NCBI GenBank assembly: GCA_013297755.1
Contig: JAAFIH010000024.1
Location: forward strand, 5,977-69,976
Length of the DNA stretch: 64,000 nucleotides
Source: Cytophagales bacterium
Lineage (GTDB): Bacteria > Bacteroidota > Bacteroidia > Cytophagales > UBA9547
Direction: 5' to 3'
Part shown: one piece after another, positions 20,874-33,200 of the stretch
How the letters are laid out: each line of letters begins with the position of its first letter
Numbering within the stretch: position 1 is the stretch's first letter
Translations under genes and position numbers: made by a program
The notes under the pieces: generated by a model
The model's input: the letters and a program-made list of their open reading frames with translations, nothing else
Database searches by the model: none
What the model was told of the DNA's origin: nothing

Positions 20874-21596
20874 ATGCCAAAAAACTACTTTGATTTCAAA
20901 CAATTTAGAATTTATCAAGATCAGTGTGCCATGAAAGTATGCACAGATTCTTGCTTATTTGGTGCTTGGATTAATATCACATCCGAAAAATCTATTTTGG
21001 ATATTGGTACAGGTACTAGCTTGTTATCTTTGATGTTAGCCCAAAAATCTAATGCTAAAATAACAGCTATTGAAATCGAAAAAAATGCTTTTATGCAAGC
21101 ATCTCAAAATATAAATCAATCAAAATTTTGTAATAATATAAATATTATACATACTTCTTTGCAGGAATATATAATTCAACATGGAAATCAAAAATTTGAT
21201 GCTATAGTATGCAATCCTCCTTTTTTTTCTTCACACCTTAAATCTAATGAAAATGCTATGAATTTTGCCAAACACGATTTAAGTTTAAATTTACAAATTT
21301 TAAGTGATTCTATTCCATTATTATTAAACCCAGAAGGCATTTTTCATGTAATGCTCCCCTACTTTGAAGCCAGTATTTTGGAGAAAAAACTAAAAAATTA
21401 TGTAAAAATTAATCATACCCAAGTGTATAACTTAGAAAACGATACTCAAGTTTTTAGGGTTTTTAATTCATATTCTTTGGCAATAAAAAACAAAAAAAAT
21501 AACTTTTTAAAAAATAAAATTTTTATTAAAAACCTTAATAACGAGTATACCGAAGATTTTAAAATGTTAATGCAACAATATTATACAATTTTCTAA
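20874..21596 (+). CDS. tRNA1(Val) adenine(37)-N6 methyltransferase (TrmN6/YfiC-like)
   Basis: FDFKQF...CAMKVCTDSCLFGAW, LDIGTGT, CNPPFF; start moved to MPKNYF. Confidence 0.88.
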   Translation: MPKNYFDFKQFRIYQDQCAMKVCTDSCLFGAWINITSEKSILDIGTGTSLLSLMLAQKSNAKITAIEIEKNAFMQASQNINQSKFCNNINIIHTSLQEYIIQHGNQKFDAIVCNPPFFSSHLKSNENAMNFAKHDLSLNLQILSDSIPLLLNPEGIFHVMLPYFEASILEKKLKNYVKINHTQVYNLENDTQVFRVFNSYSLAIKNKKNNFLKNKIFIKNLNNEYTEDFKMLMQQYYTIF

Positions 21597-21600
21597 AACA

Positions 21601-21630
21601 AAAAAACCCTGTCAATGCGTACAGGGCTTT
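21601..21630. terminator. Hairpin, probable terminator
   Basis: aaaaaaccctgt-caatgcgt-acagggcttt just after the methyltransferase stop. Confidence 0.55.
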
Positions 21631-21864
21631 AATAAATTAACCAAACCTAAACCTATTTAAATATTTAATATTTTAAATATATACAAATATACGATTCATT
21701 TTTATTATAGTTACATTATTTTTATATTTTTTATTGAAATAATGCAAAAAAAATAAAAATTTAAAGACTAATTCAATTATATTATCGTTTTAAAAGCTAT
21801 TTTAAAACATTATTTTTTTACAATTAATTAATAATTAGGTAATCATATATTGATATTGAAACTT

Positions 21865-21872
21865 TAATTTTG
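21865..21872 (+). promoter_or_regulatory. Putative -7 promoter box
   Basis: TAATTTTG 14 nt before the ATG at 21887. Confidence 0.5.
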
Positions 21873-21886
21873 TATAAATTAAAGCC

Positions 21887-22777
21887 ATGTCTATAGCACA
21901 ACAAAATCATTATCGCACAATAGTTATTTCAGATGTACATCTTGGTACTAAGGGTTCAAAAGCAAAAGAAGTAGTAAGATTTCTAAAAATGAACTCTGCT
22001 GATAATCTAATTTTGAATGGAGATATTATAGATGGATGGCAACTCAAAAAATCGGGAGAATGGAAACGAAAACACACCAAATTTGTACAACAAGTACTCA
22101 AAATGATGCAAGTGTATGGTACAAAAGTAACCTACTTGCGTGGAAACCACGATGATTTTTTAGAACAATTTATCCCTTTTTCTATTGGCAATCTTTCTAT
22201 TACAAAAGAAATGATTTATACAGATGCTAAGGGCAAAAAATTTCTTGTCATTCATGGTGATATTTTTGATTCTGTTACTTCCAAATGGACTTGGTTGGCC
22301 CATTTGGGCGATGTTGGATATACATTTTTACTTTGGATCAACCAAATTTATAATTTATATAGAGAAAAACGTGGTTTACCCTATTATTCATTATCGAGAG
22401 AAATAAAATCTAAAATCAAAACTGCTGTAAGTTTTATTTCAAATTACGAACAAAAATTAGTTCAACTAGCAAAAGCTAAAAATTGCACTGGAGTTATTTG
22501 TGGCCACATACATCAACCTGCCATTACGCAATACAATGAAATTTGCTACATGAACTCGGGCGATTGGGTCGAAACTTTGAGTGCACTTGTCGAAGACTTC
22601 AATGGAGAATGGAATCTTGTATATTTTTCTGAAACCAAAAAATATTCTCATCCAAATCCAACAGACACTGAAACAACTGAATTAGAAGAAGCAGAAGATG
22701 AGCTTTCGTATAGTTCTTTTGATTTTAAAGAAGAAATCCTAAAAAATGTTTCATTCTCTAGTAAAGTTACATTTTAA
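21887..22777 (+). CDS. UDP-2,3-diacylglucosamine diphosphatase-like metallophosphoesterase (LpxH/YbbF family)
   Basis: SDVHLG, NGDIIDGW, GNHD, HGD, CGHIH, YMNSGDWVE; acidic C-terminal tail. Confidence 0.85.
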   Translation: MSIAQQNHYRTIVISDVHLGTKGSKAKEVVRFLKMNSADNLILNGDIIDGWQLKKSGEWKRKHTKFVQQVLKMMQVYGTKVTYLRGNHDDFLEQFIPFSIGNLSITKEMIYTDAKGKKFLVIHGDIFDSVTSKWTWLAHLGDVGYTFLLWINQIYNLYREKRGLPYYSLSREIKSKIKTAVSFISNYEQKLVQLAKAKNCTGVICGHIHQPAITQYNEICYMNSGDWVETLSALVEDFNGEWNLVYFSETKKYSHPNPTDTETTELEEAEDELSYSSFDFKEEILKNVSFSSKVTF

Positions 22778-22789
22778 AAATAAGAATAT

Positions 22790-23890
22790 TTATTTCCTAT
22801 TGTTTAAAATACGAGCTATTTCTTCTGTATTTATATTTCTTGCTATTATAATCTGATTTTCATCTAATAAAACATTAGATGGAATATAACTAATATTGTA
22901 ATCCAAAGCAGCTTTTGATTTCCAAGAAACCAAATCAGATGTTTGTATCCAACTGTACTTATCTTTATTGATTGCCTGCAACCATTTATCCTTTTTGTCA
23001 TCTAAAGAAACTGCAAAAATTTCAAAATTCCTTGATTTAAAATCGCCATACAATTTTACTACATTTACACTTTCTTGTCTACAAGGTCTACACCAAGAGG
23101 CCCAAAAATCAATTAACACATATTTACCTTTAAAATCAGATAACTTTAAAATCTTACCTGTGCTATCTCTACATACTATTTCGGTAGCTTTATTACCAAT
23201 TTTAATTTTATCAAATCTCAAAAATCTATTTTCAATGTGTTGTGAAATTTTAATATTTCCATATCTTAATTTCATATTCTTACTTATTTTCTCTATCATT
23301 AGCAAATCTTTATCAGCGTTCCAACGCAAACTACTATAATACACAGCTATTGAGTTAGTCATATTTTTATCTACAAAATCAGACAAATCCGATTTGTGTA
23401 GTATATACGTTTGCATCATCATTTTTGATAAAGACATCATTTTATCTATCATTCCCAACTCTTCATATAAAGTGATAGAATCATACAATGGTTTCATGAT
23501 TCTTTTATATGATAATTTTCTAAAATCATCATATTTTTTTATCAGCAAAGAGGCATTTGAACCAGACACTGTATAGTCAGTTGCTGAAATAGAAATTTGT
23601 ACATTTTCTGAATTTTCAAATGCCAATGGGATTGTTTGACAATCTTTTATTACAAAATTGACAATACAAGGCTCTGGCAAATACAATACTTTAGAAAACG
23701 AACGATTGGATTTGTCAATAAAAACTGAATCTAAAAAAATATCATTTCTAGATTCATAATCTAATACAAAAAATAAGGATTTTGAATGTGTGGTATTACA
23801 AAAAGATGTACCAGAAATTGTTACAAAAAAACCGTTAGAAAAAGTAGTATGAATAATAAATATAAACAGAAAAAAAAATATTTTTTTCAT
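22790..23890 (-). CDS. TlpA/AhpC-TSA family thiol-disulfide oxidoreductase with N-terminal DUF4369-like region
   Basis: LSDFKGKYVLIDFWASWCRPCR, VSLD, YNISYIPSNVLLD. Confidence 0.88.
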   Translation of the reverse strand: MKKIFFFLFIFIIHTTFSNGFFVTISGTSFCNTTHSKSLFFVLDYESRNDIFLDSVFIDKSNRSFSKVLYLPEPCIVNFVIKDCQTIPLAFENSENVQISISATDYTVSGSNASLLIKKYDDFRKLSYKRIMKPLYDSITLYEELGMIDKMMSLSKMMMQTYILHKSDLSDFVDKNMTNSIAVYYSSLRWNADKDLLMIEKISKNMKLRYGNIKISQHIENRFLRFDKIKIGNKATEIVCRDSTGKILKLSDFKGKYVLIDFWASWCRPCRQESVNVVKLYGDFKSRNFEIFAVSLDDKKDKWLQAINKDKYSWIQTSDLVSWKSKAALDYNISYIPSNVLLDENQIIIARNINTEEIARILNNRK

Positions 23891-23897
23891 GCTTTAC

Positions 23898-24155
23898 CTA
23901 AATCAGTTTACGCTTTCTTACAACCATAAACAATGCTGAAATACCACCAACTATAACCAATATAGGTGAATAATCATTGATTGGGATGCAGTATTGATTA
24001 TAACAAGCATTTTGATCTCCACTAAAAGCAGTATTAACAAAGTCTGGATCATCGTAACATAAACTACAATCAGGAGAATTTGCAAACAGGTTTGAAAAAG
24101 TGAAAATATAAATTAATAAAATTAGTAAGACTGTTTTAGATATATATTTTTTCAT
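23898..24155 (-). CDS. Small secreted Cys-rich protein with PID-CTERM-like C-terminal anchor
   Basis: Signal peptide, 4 Cys (CSLC...C...C), then IPIND, a hydrophobic helix and basic tail RKRK. Confidence 0.7.
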   Translation of the reverse strand: MKKYISKTVLLILLIYIFTFSNLFANSPDCSLCYDDPDFVNTAFSGDQNACYNQYCIPINDYSPILVIVGGISALFMVVRKRKLI

Positions 24156-24214
24156 TTTTTAAATTTTAAATGTATATATTGGGTAGTGGGGTATGATTAT
24201 AATTTAAGTCAATT

Positions 24215-24245
24215 AAATCCCTCTTTAAAAATTAAAAAGGGATTT
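24215..24245 (-). terminator. Hairpin downstream of the giant T9SS gene
   Basis: aaatccct.tttaa...ttaaa.agggattt inverted repeat about 8 nt past the stop; short U-tract. Confidence 0.55.
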
Positions 24246-24253
24246 GGTATTTT

Positions 24254-27200
24254 TTATTTACTTACAATAAAGGTTTTAACTTTAGTTTTTCCATCAAGTT
24301 CGTACACAAATAAATAAACGCCATTGCTAAGCAATGTTATATCTATTTTTGATTCTGATACTCCATTTTTTAACTTACCAGTTGTATATACTTTTCCTAC
24401 TACATCTGTAACCTTATAGTTTATGGCTTCATCTACAATTCCTAAAGTTGATATAATAATATAATCTTCTTTAGTTGGGTTTGGATATAATTTAATAGAC
24501 TGAGCATCTTTACTTTTAGTATCTACACCAGTAGTTTGTTCTTCTTCAACAACTTCTGCCATCCTTGCTACAATGCTAAATCTTGTTTTAATTGACTCGT
24601 TTTGATCAAATCCATAGACCATATCAGAACTTAATGGTGTAATTACATTTTTTTGCTTGTCTTTAAGCATTAATATGATGTTAGTACCCAAATTTTCCAT
24701 ACTTGTAAAGTGCAATTTATGCCCAGTTCCTGTGCGTATGTCCATTACCAAAGGTATTTCCATCTCTTTTGTTGTAGGTGGATATGGCATACTATTCACA
24801 CTCATCTCATCTTGCTCAGGCAATTGTGATGCTATATTAAAATTGAAACTTTTCAACTTGTAAGCATCCATCTCTTTATCATAATTATTGGTAGCTACAT
24901 CCGAAAAGCGAATGGCTGTATAATCTATGGTTCCATCGTTGCCCATTAATCCAACATGAAAATAATCTGTTGCTTCAGATGCAGTTCTAAAATTAGATGT
25001 GTGTGTACTTGCCACTTTTACTTGTTCGGTCATGCTTATACCAGCTCCTGTATTGTTTGCTTTTACAAAAAATCCTTGTGAAGATGCTATTACGCCACCA
25101 TTAGTACGTGGAAAAGATGCCACAGAATTAACATAAGAGTACATTCTACCAGCAGTGCCAGTAGCTGATGTATTGGTTGTAAATGGATCAAAAATATAAA
25201 TGGCATCGTCAATATTTGATTTTGTCCAACCTGCTCCACTCCAATCAATTTGAGATGGATATGGGTTACCTACTAAATTCCAACCATCAACAGAAATTAG
25301 ATTTACACCAGCAATAGATGGCGATTTTGTATAAGTAATAGGTAAAGTAATATTTCCTTGATTTAAAGTCCCTCTCAATGACATAGTTACTGCAGTAGTA
25401 GTGAAATTAGCAAATGTAACCAAACCAGAAGTGCTACGATCTCCACGTACTGATACTTGATAACCTCTACCTTGTTGTAAAATTGAACTTGCGGTAGGTA
25501 AAGGAAGCCAACCTATATTTAATCCACCTGCTATACTTTCATCATAGTATAAAACTGTTGATAAGGAACTTCCTGCATCAAATCCATTGGCCGCCTGACC
25601 AGGACCAGTAAGCATAATATTATTTTGCCATTGAGAAATAGGTGCTCCTTGTACTGGACTCGAAAAATATCGTGTAGAACGCTTTGCAGGTATCCATCTT
25701 TGAACAGTAACATTACCTGTAATTGAAGCTCCTGCAGGTATAACATCCACTCTACCTGTGCCTGATGCGTTTGAAACCAAAGTTAAATTACCATTTGAAG
25801 CCACAGTAACACTGCCATTTCCTAGTAGTAGTGTATTAGAAACATTTACAGGGCTATTAAAAGTTTTAACACCTGTGCCCCAAATTTGAAGATTAGACGT
25901 ATTTGTAGGCGAAGTACCACTAATGGCTTGTGGACCATTGCCAAATAATTGAAACTGATTACCAGGTGCTACTATAAAGTTTCCATCGTTTACAAAATTA
26001 CCTGAAATCTTAAATGGACTATTTATATTTATACTTGTACCTGCACCCAAACTGAAATTCCTAATTTCTGTTACAGTATTTATTAAAGGATAGATAGGTG
26101 CTGTATTAATGATAGCATCAGAAGTTGGTAGAGGTGCAATACCACCACACCAGTTGCCAGGAGTTGTCCATACATTAGAAACTGCACCAATCCACTGACC
26201 AGATGCACCATAAGAAACTGCAATTCCATTAGACAATGCAGGATTATTGAATAAACACGCTACCTCACTCGAAGTATAAGTTACTCTTACTAGATCGCCA
26301 CTACCAAGAGAAGTAGTTGAAAATACTTGTGATAACCCTAAACCAGGGGTTGTAACTCCAGAGGCTATTTTAGACCAATTATACCCTGGAGCTGTTCCAC
26401 CATTGACACCCAAAGCTGTAAAATTAAGTACAGTCCCAGCACAAACTGGCATGGCTGGCCCTACAATAGTTACACCAACAGCCGATTTTGGTTCGCCAAC
26501 TACTATGTCTCCATACGTAGTCAGTCCAGTTGTTTGAATAGAAGTTGGAGTTCTTGTACCCACACCAGTCAAAGACCAAACACCACCAGTAAATATCGAC
26601 CCTATAAAAATGTTTGGATTTGCACCACCTATAATATCTGTTGGATTTAGGTAATTTAAAGTTGCATTATAATTAGTTGGTAATACTGCACTTGTAGCTG
26701 TTATTGTCCAAAAACGATTAATACGTTTGGATGGGCTTACGCAACTTGTTGCAATTTGTGGATGTGCAGAAGCATTGGCTCTTACTGCTACATTACCTTG
26801 AGTAGATACAGATGGAAAGATTATAGAAACAGGTGAATAACCAGCATCTCCAACTTCAAAATTTTGAGTTACACTTCCACCAGTTAAGAATCTTTTTTGC
26901 AATAAACCTCTTACAAAACTTGAAGAAGAACCACCAGAAACTGAACCTTCAGAAGTTGCAATAGAAAGTATATTATTACCCATATCTACAATTCCATTGG
27001 TTAATTGCAGTTGTCCAATAATTTCATTATTATTAGTAAAAGTTTTAATTCCACCATTCACTATTCTAACACCTCTAAATTGATTTTGTCCTACAATTTG
27101 TTGATTTGTACCATTAAATTCTACATAATTAGTTGTAGAAGAGCCTGGATTAAACCCACCCACACCAACAGTGTTTATCCAATTTTTAGAAACAATTATA

Positions 27201-30200
27201 TTATTATTGGCAGTATTTTCTAACACCCCTCCAGTGATAGATAAGTTACCACCTATGTTATAAATTGGAGATGGAGAATTGATACGTTTAGTTCCACTAC
27301 CAGACATTAAAACATTGTTAAATCTAGTTAAGTCTGGCGGATTCATGGCAGGTAAATCTCCGTTATTGGAACCGTAAAATTCAAAAGTTCCACCAATGGT
27401 GGTATTTAAAAAGGATGCTAACTGGCCAGCTGGCAATACAAATTGTTGGCTTGGACTTGATGCTATTCTGATAGTTCCACTTCCTCTTACTATACCAAAA
27501 TTATGACCAAAAGTTGTACCTAAATCTATAACTCCACTTACAGATGTAGAATAAGCTTCTCTTAAATTAGAATTGGCTACAACTGTATGACCAGATTTTA
27601 TGACAATAGGCTGACCTATAGGAGTAAATCCACTAATTGAACCAGCATGGCGTAAAATTGGATCAGTAGACCATGAATTAACATCTTCCCAATTACCACC
27701 AAGGGTTGCATCTCTTGAGTAATAAGTCAATACAATTTGTAATTCAGATAATTCTCCTGCCGTATATTCTCCATTGATAAAATTTAAACCACTTAAAGTA
27801 ATTTGATTTGATGTTGGATTTACTCCACCTAAACTTGAGGTAAAGCCACCATAATAAGGTGCCCAATCGCCTTGAATATTTCTACCAGCTTTGTATAAAG
27901 ATTCATTGCCAGTAACGTCTGAATCAACATAAGTATAAGAATGATTAATATTCAAACCAGAAAATCCATTTGAGCTAGCTACCCAATAATATTTTAATTG
28001 AAAATCTGATGGATCAGTTGCCAAAGGATGTGATTCATTTACAGGTATAATTCTAATATTTCCAGTTGCTGTATTAGAAGTAGATACATATCTTACTGGT
28101 GTATACTTACCAAAAACACCTACTGGGAAAGTAAAATCAAAAGTGGTAGCAGGTAGTTGTTTTATAATACCATCATCTGAAACTACACCATTGGTTCTAA
28201 TATATTTAGAAGGCGTTACATTAGAAATAGTTGCATTTAATCCCAAATTCAGAGCATTATCATCAATATAAATGCCTCGATTTACAAAATTTAAGTTACC
28301 ATTAATTGTCATTTCGTTATCAAAAACAGGCTCAGTTGATGAATTTACATCTATGTTTCCAAAATTTCCGCTTCCATTGCCTTGTACAAATCTTATTAAT
28401 GAAGAAGACAAAACCAACTTTCCAGTTCCTGTATGGTTGGCCGAATTTTGAATATTGTTGGTTGCAAACACACTCAACCCACCATCGTTTAATGTTCCGT
28501 TTAATAATGATAATAAACCATTGATAGTTGTATTAACACCTGTAAGCGAAAGTACATTAGATTTTGCTACCAAAAAATTATTGAAATTTGTTGGTACATT
28601 TAGTACTAGATTTTGCAAACCAGCTCCTGTAAAACTTGTTGTATTTGAGGTTGGCAAATATTGTCCATTAATGGTTGTGTTTCCTCGAGAGTTTACGCCA
28701 AAAGTATTGGCGTTCAAAATACCCCCACTGCCAATAATCAAATCATTGTTTACAACCAAAGGATAAACTTGTAAAATACCTGTTGCACTAGATGTGCCAA
28801 CACCCAAGAATTGAATATTATTGAAACTACCTGAATTAATAACCCTATATTGTTGATTACCAATAGTTGTCAATGGACTTAGAATAAAAGAACCGCCAGT
28901 AATATTTGAAGTTCCAGGATCTAGATATAAATCACCAAAAGTGGAATTGCCCCCTCCTCTTTGTATGAATACATTACCACCAGTCATAGATATAGAGCTA
29001 CCAACATTATCTAATTCAAATTTTCCATTGGTTGCTATTTGATTTAATCCACCAACGGTTACATTGCCTCCAGTTTGGGTATATTTTAATGTACCTGCAT
29101 TGGTAAACAAGTTTCTACGAATCTGACCGCCTACATTCAAAGAGGCATTTCCTAAAACTTCTAACTTAGCATTTCCACTCGATGTATATTCTATAAAAGT
29201 ATTTTCAACGCCATCATTAAAATTGGCAGTACCATTTTCTCCTATTCTTAACAATCCATCAAGTACTATACCTGTACTGCTACTCATAAAAACACTAGAA
29301 CCATTGACAACTTCAAGACCAGCTGTTGATGGGATAAAAACTGTACCACCCCCAGAACTAAGGTTAATATCTACACCAGTTGTACTTAAAACCAATCTAC
29401 CATTTTGAAAAGTAACAGGTTTAGTTGCTGTATTAGCAGCTCCTAATAGGTTTAATGTAGAATTAACTTGGAAAGTAGAAGCATCTGAATTTCCTTTATT
29501 CATTACTATTTGATAAAGTTCTGGTACATTTCCAGCAACTCTTGTGTAAACCCCTGATGTAGTACCAAAGAACTCAACTTTAACATTATTATCTGTTGCA
29601 GCATTACCATTAAATAAATCTATAGTTCCATCATCTTGGAAAACACTACCACCCAATTTAAGTGTGTGGGTAAGACCAGCTGTACCAGATTCTACTGCTA
29701 TCAATGTATTGTTACAAGCATTTGAAACCCTAAAATTACCAGTTACTGCAACTGTGTGTGGATTACCACTGCCATTAAAATAAAAAGCTCCAGCAGTATT
29801 ATTAGATTGTCCAATTCTCATATTCAATCCAATATTTACATTACCACCAACAGCAGTTGATGTATATACTGTAGCACCATCACCCACAATCATAGCACCA
29901 GTAAGGTTTATATCAACAGGAGGAAGGTTAATAATACGTTGATTTACACCTGCACAGGTTAATGAACCTCCTTCAAATCTCAAAGTAGGATAATTTGTAA
30001 TATTACTTGGCATTGATACTTGACCATTAGAAAGAAGATTAAAATTGAAAATCGCTAATGGTTGATTAGAAAAATCGCCAAAATCACCTGCAATTGTGGG
30101 TACTCCAGTAACAGTAGTCATTCTTACCATAATAGCTCCAGGTGTAGCAGATGAATTAAAATTTTGAGGAAAAGAAACTATTCCTAAATTAGCTGAAATA

Positions 30201-33200
30201 CCAGCATTTATAGAAATTCTTGGTTCCCATCCTCCAAGACTATTATCAAAAATTACACCAGCCACTGTTGTATTAACGTCTACATCAATCCAAGCATCTC
30301 CATTTTGATTTGTGGCACCAAAGTTAGCTATACGTAATATATCATCTTTGGTAGGATCAGTATTCGTGCTTGAGCAAGTATGACATGAAAGCGACCATAC
30401 ACTATTGTTATTTATTGTAGATACGCCAGGAGTAGATAAATTATAAAACACGCGCATTGAAGAGTTCCATTGTGGATTTTGAGCAGCAGTGTAATAAGCA
30501 TCTGCTGCAAAGGCATGCTGTGGAATATCTATATCGCAAGAAGAGGGCAAATTTCCAGTCATTTCAAATCTATTAGGGATTTCAACTCTACCAGCTCTCA
30601 TGTTGTTAGGATTGCCACAGACACCACCTGGCCACATAGCTGCAGAAGTAGAAAAAGAATATTGTACATTTGGCCTTGATACAAAATTGGTAGCTCTAAC
30701 TCGCCAATATGATTTTAAAGAATTAGTCAAGTCAGGGTTTTGAAGAAATCCTAAGAATGAATCATCTATACTCATTTGTAAATAGCCCCTTTGATTTGCA
30801 TTTGTAATGCCTGAAACTGTGGCAAATGCTGGCGAGTAATAGGTTGGCGTACCCATTGGAAAACGATAAACACCATTGAGTAAAGTATATACTGCCACTC
30901 CTCCATCTGATTGATTGCCTGATGTTCTTATAAACTTAGTAGGACCAAAACCAGTACCTATAGCTGTTACAACACAACTAGCAGTTATATTACTATCCAA
31001 TGTTAATCTATAAATGCCAATATCAAATATTTTATCTGATATAAATCTTAAACTATTTCTTACTCTAGTATTAGCTCCTAAATTAACACCAACTGCACTT
31101 GAATTTGTATTATTTAAAAATAAATTTCCAAAAATTCCACTTCCATTTCCTGTAATGTTTTGAATGTTTGAATTACCTATTAATTCAACATTACCATTTC
31201 CAAAATGGCGACCATTATTGGTTGCATTTCCTAAAACACGAATTGATTTGCCACCATCATTAACTGATCCTGAAGTGATATTAAGTCCATTGGTAGTAAT
31301 CATGGCTAAAGATCCTTGTAGTAAAATTGGACTTGCACCTGTATTTACAAAGTTTAAATTTCCAAATATACCAGAAATTGAGCCATTAAGCATTACAGCT
31401 TGTGTTGAAGAGCCATTGAAAATGACATTGCTACCAGTAGGATTCAGACTACCACCTGAGGCTACTTCTAAATCTTTACTTATGACTAAATCCTGCCCAA
31501 ATAAACTTACTAAAGGAGCATTAACGCCATCTATGTATAATTTATTTAAAACTTTTAATGACCGTGCAGGAATAAAAGTATTGAATCCAGTTGAGGTAAA
31601 TTCGTTATCTATAGGTTGATTTTGAAGTTGTATGAGTCTATTGCCTGCTGCTGGATCAGTTTTGTATATATTCAAATCAAAAAATGGGGCTGTTGAACTA
31701 ATATTATTGGTAGTATTTGTACCATTGATAGAAAAGTTAATAGTACCACCAGTTACATTTATATTTTGTGGCGATGAATTTAATACAAACAAAGCATTTC
31801 CATTAGCATTTGTGCTTCCAATCCCATATATATTCATAGTTCCTCCAGACATAATATAACTTGCATCTACAAAAGGAAATGTAAAAGGAGCTGGTCCACC
31901 AGCATTACCAAAACCCTCAGGGCTTGGTATGCCAGGCTTGTTTAAATCTAGCACTCCACCAGACATAAAGAAAGTTCCTCTTGGTGTAACACCTGGTACA
32001 ACAGAAGTTCTTATTTTGGTTGTATTAATATATCCACCTTCAATAAAAATTTCTCCATCAACACGAGGTACAATACCTGCACCAGAAATGGTAATTGCTC
32101 CAGCTGTAATTCTTAACTTTCCATAAGGTACTACTGCTTGACTTCCTGTTGTAGATGCTCTATAAATAATAGCACCATCTATCCAAAGCTGACAACCAGG
32201 ATTTAAGTTATTGGGAGTAGTGCCAGGGCCTGTTCCAATGTCATAATTTCCGCCAGTCCTTAATCTATCCAATACAATATTGTTTCCTAACCTAAGTGTT
32301 CCCATAGAAATTGGAAAACCATTTCCATCGGTCATAAATTTAAAAAAATTATTGGCAGTAGCACTCAAATGTAAGGTATAAGTCTGATCTGTACCTTTAT
32401 TTACAGTCATATCTAATATTTCGGTAGGGCCATCGCAAAAGAAAATGTTATCAGTAGAACCTAAGAAATTGAGCTTCATAGATTGGGTAGGTGCAGCATA
32501 TTGTGCATCGTTACTCAAATCTACTGTGCCGTAATTTCTTAAATCTCCATAAATATTGCATATATGTTGTGTATTGAACCCAGATACTGATAAAACTACA
32601 TTACCCCCACCATTGGCTACATCGCCTACCCACAAACTTCCCATAATAGTAAGTACACGAGCAGTGGTATTATCCCCAACAGATAACGTGGCACTACCTA
32701 TATTATCTTTATTCAAGTTTCTTACTCTTAAATCTCCATTCGTTCTCAAATTAAACCCAAGATTATATACATAATTGGTTGCAATATTATCATCTTTGGT
32801 TAAGTATAAATTATTGTAGGTAGTATTAGTAATAGGTAGCGATGTAGAAAGGTTATAATAATCTACAGTTCCTTGCCCTGCATCATGAAATGTGTTAGAA
32901 CCTGATACTAAAGGTAGATTTGTGGATTTAAGTCTTAATGTACCCTGACCAGACAATCCAGCAAGGGTAGTTATGCTAAATGTACTTAAATCTAGTGTAC
33001 CACCTGCGTTTAAAACAAGATTTAAACCTTGAGTTGTTACATTTTGGGTAAGTGTTACTGTTTCGCCATTGATAACAGTAGCTTTATTAAATTCAGAAGG
33101 AACTCTTGGATTTATTGAAAGCGTACCTGAAGGGTCTTCAGTCCAAGTAAATGGATCGTTCCAAGGCCCTTTTTTGTAAGAATATAAATCTGCATTATTT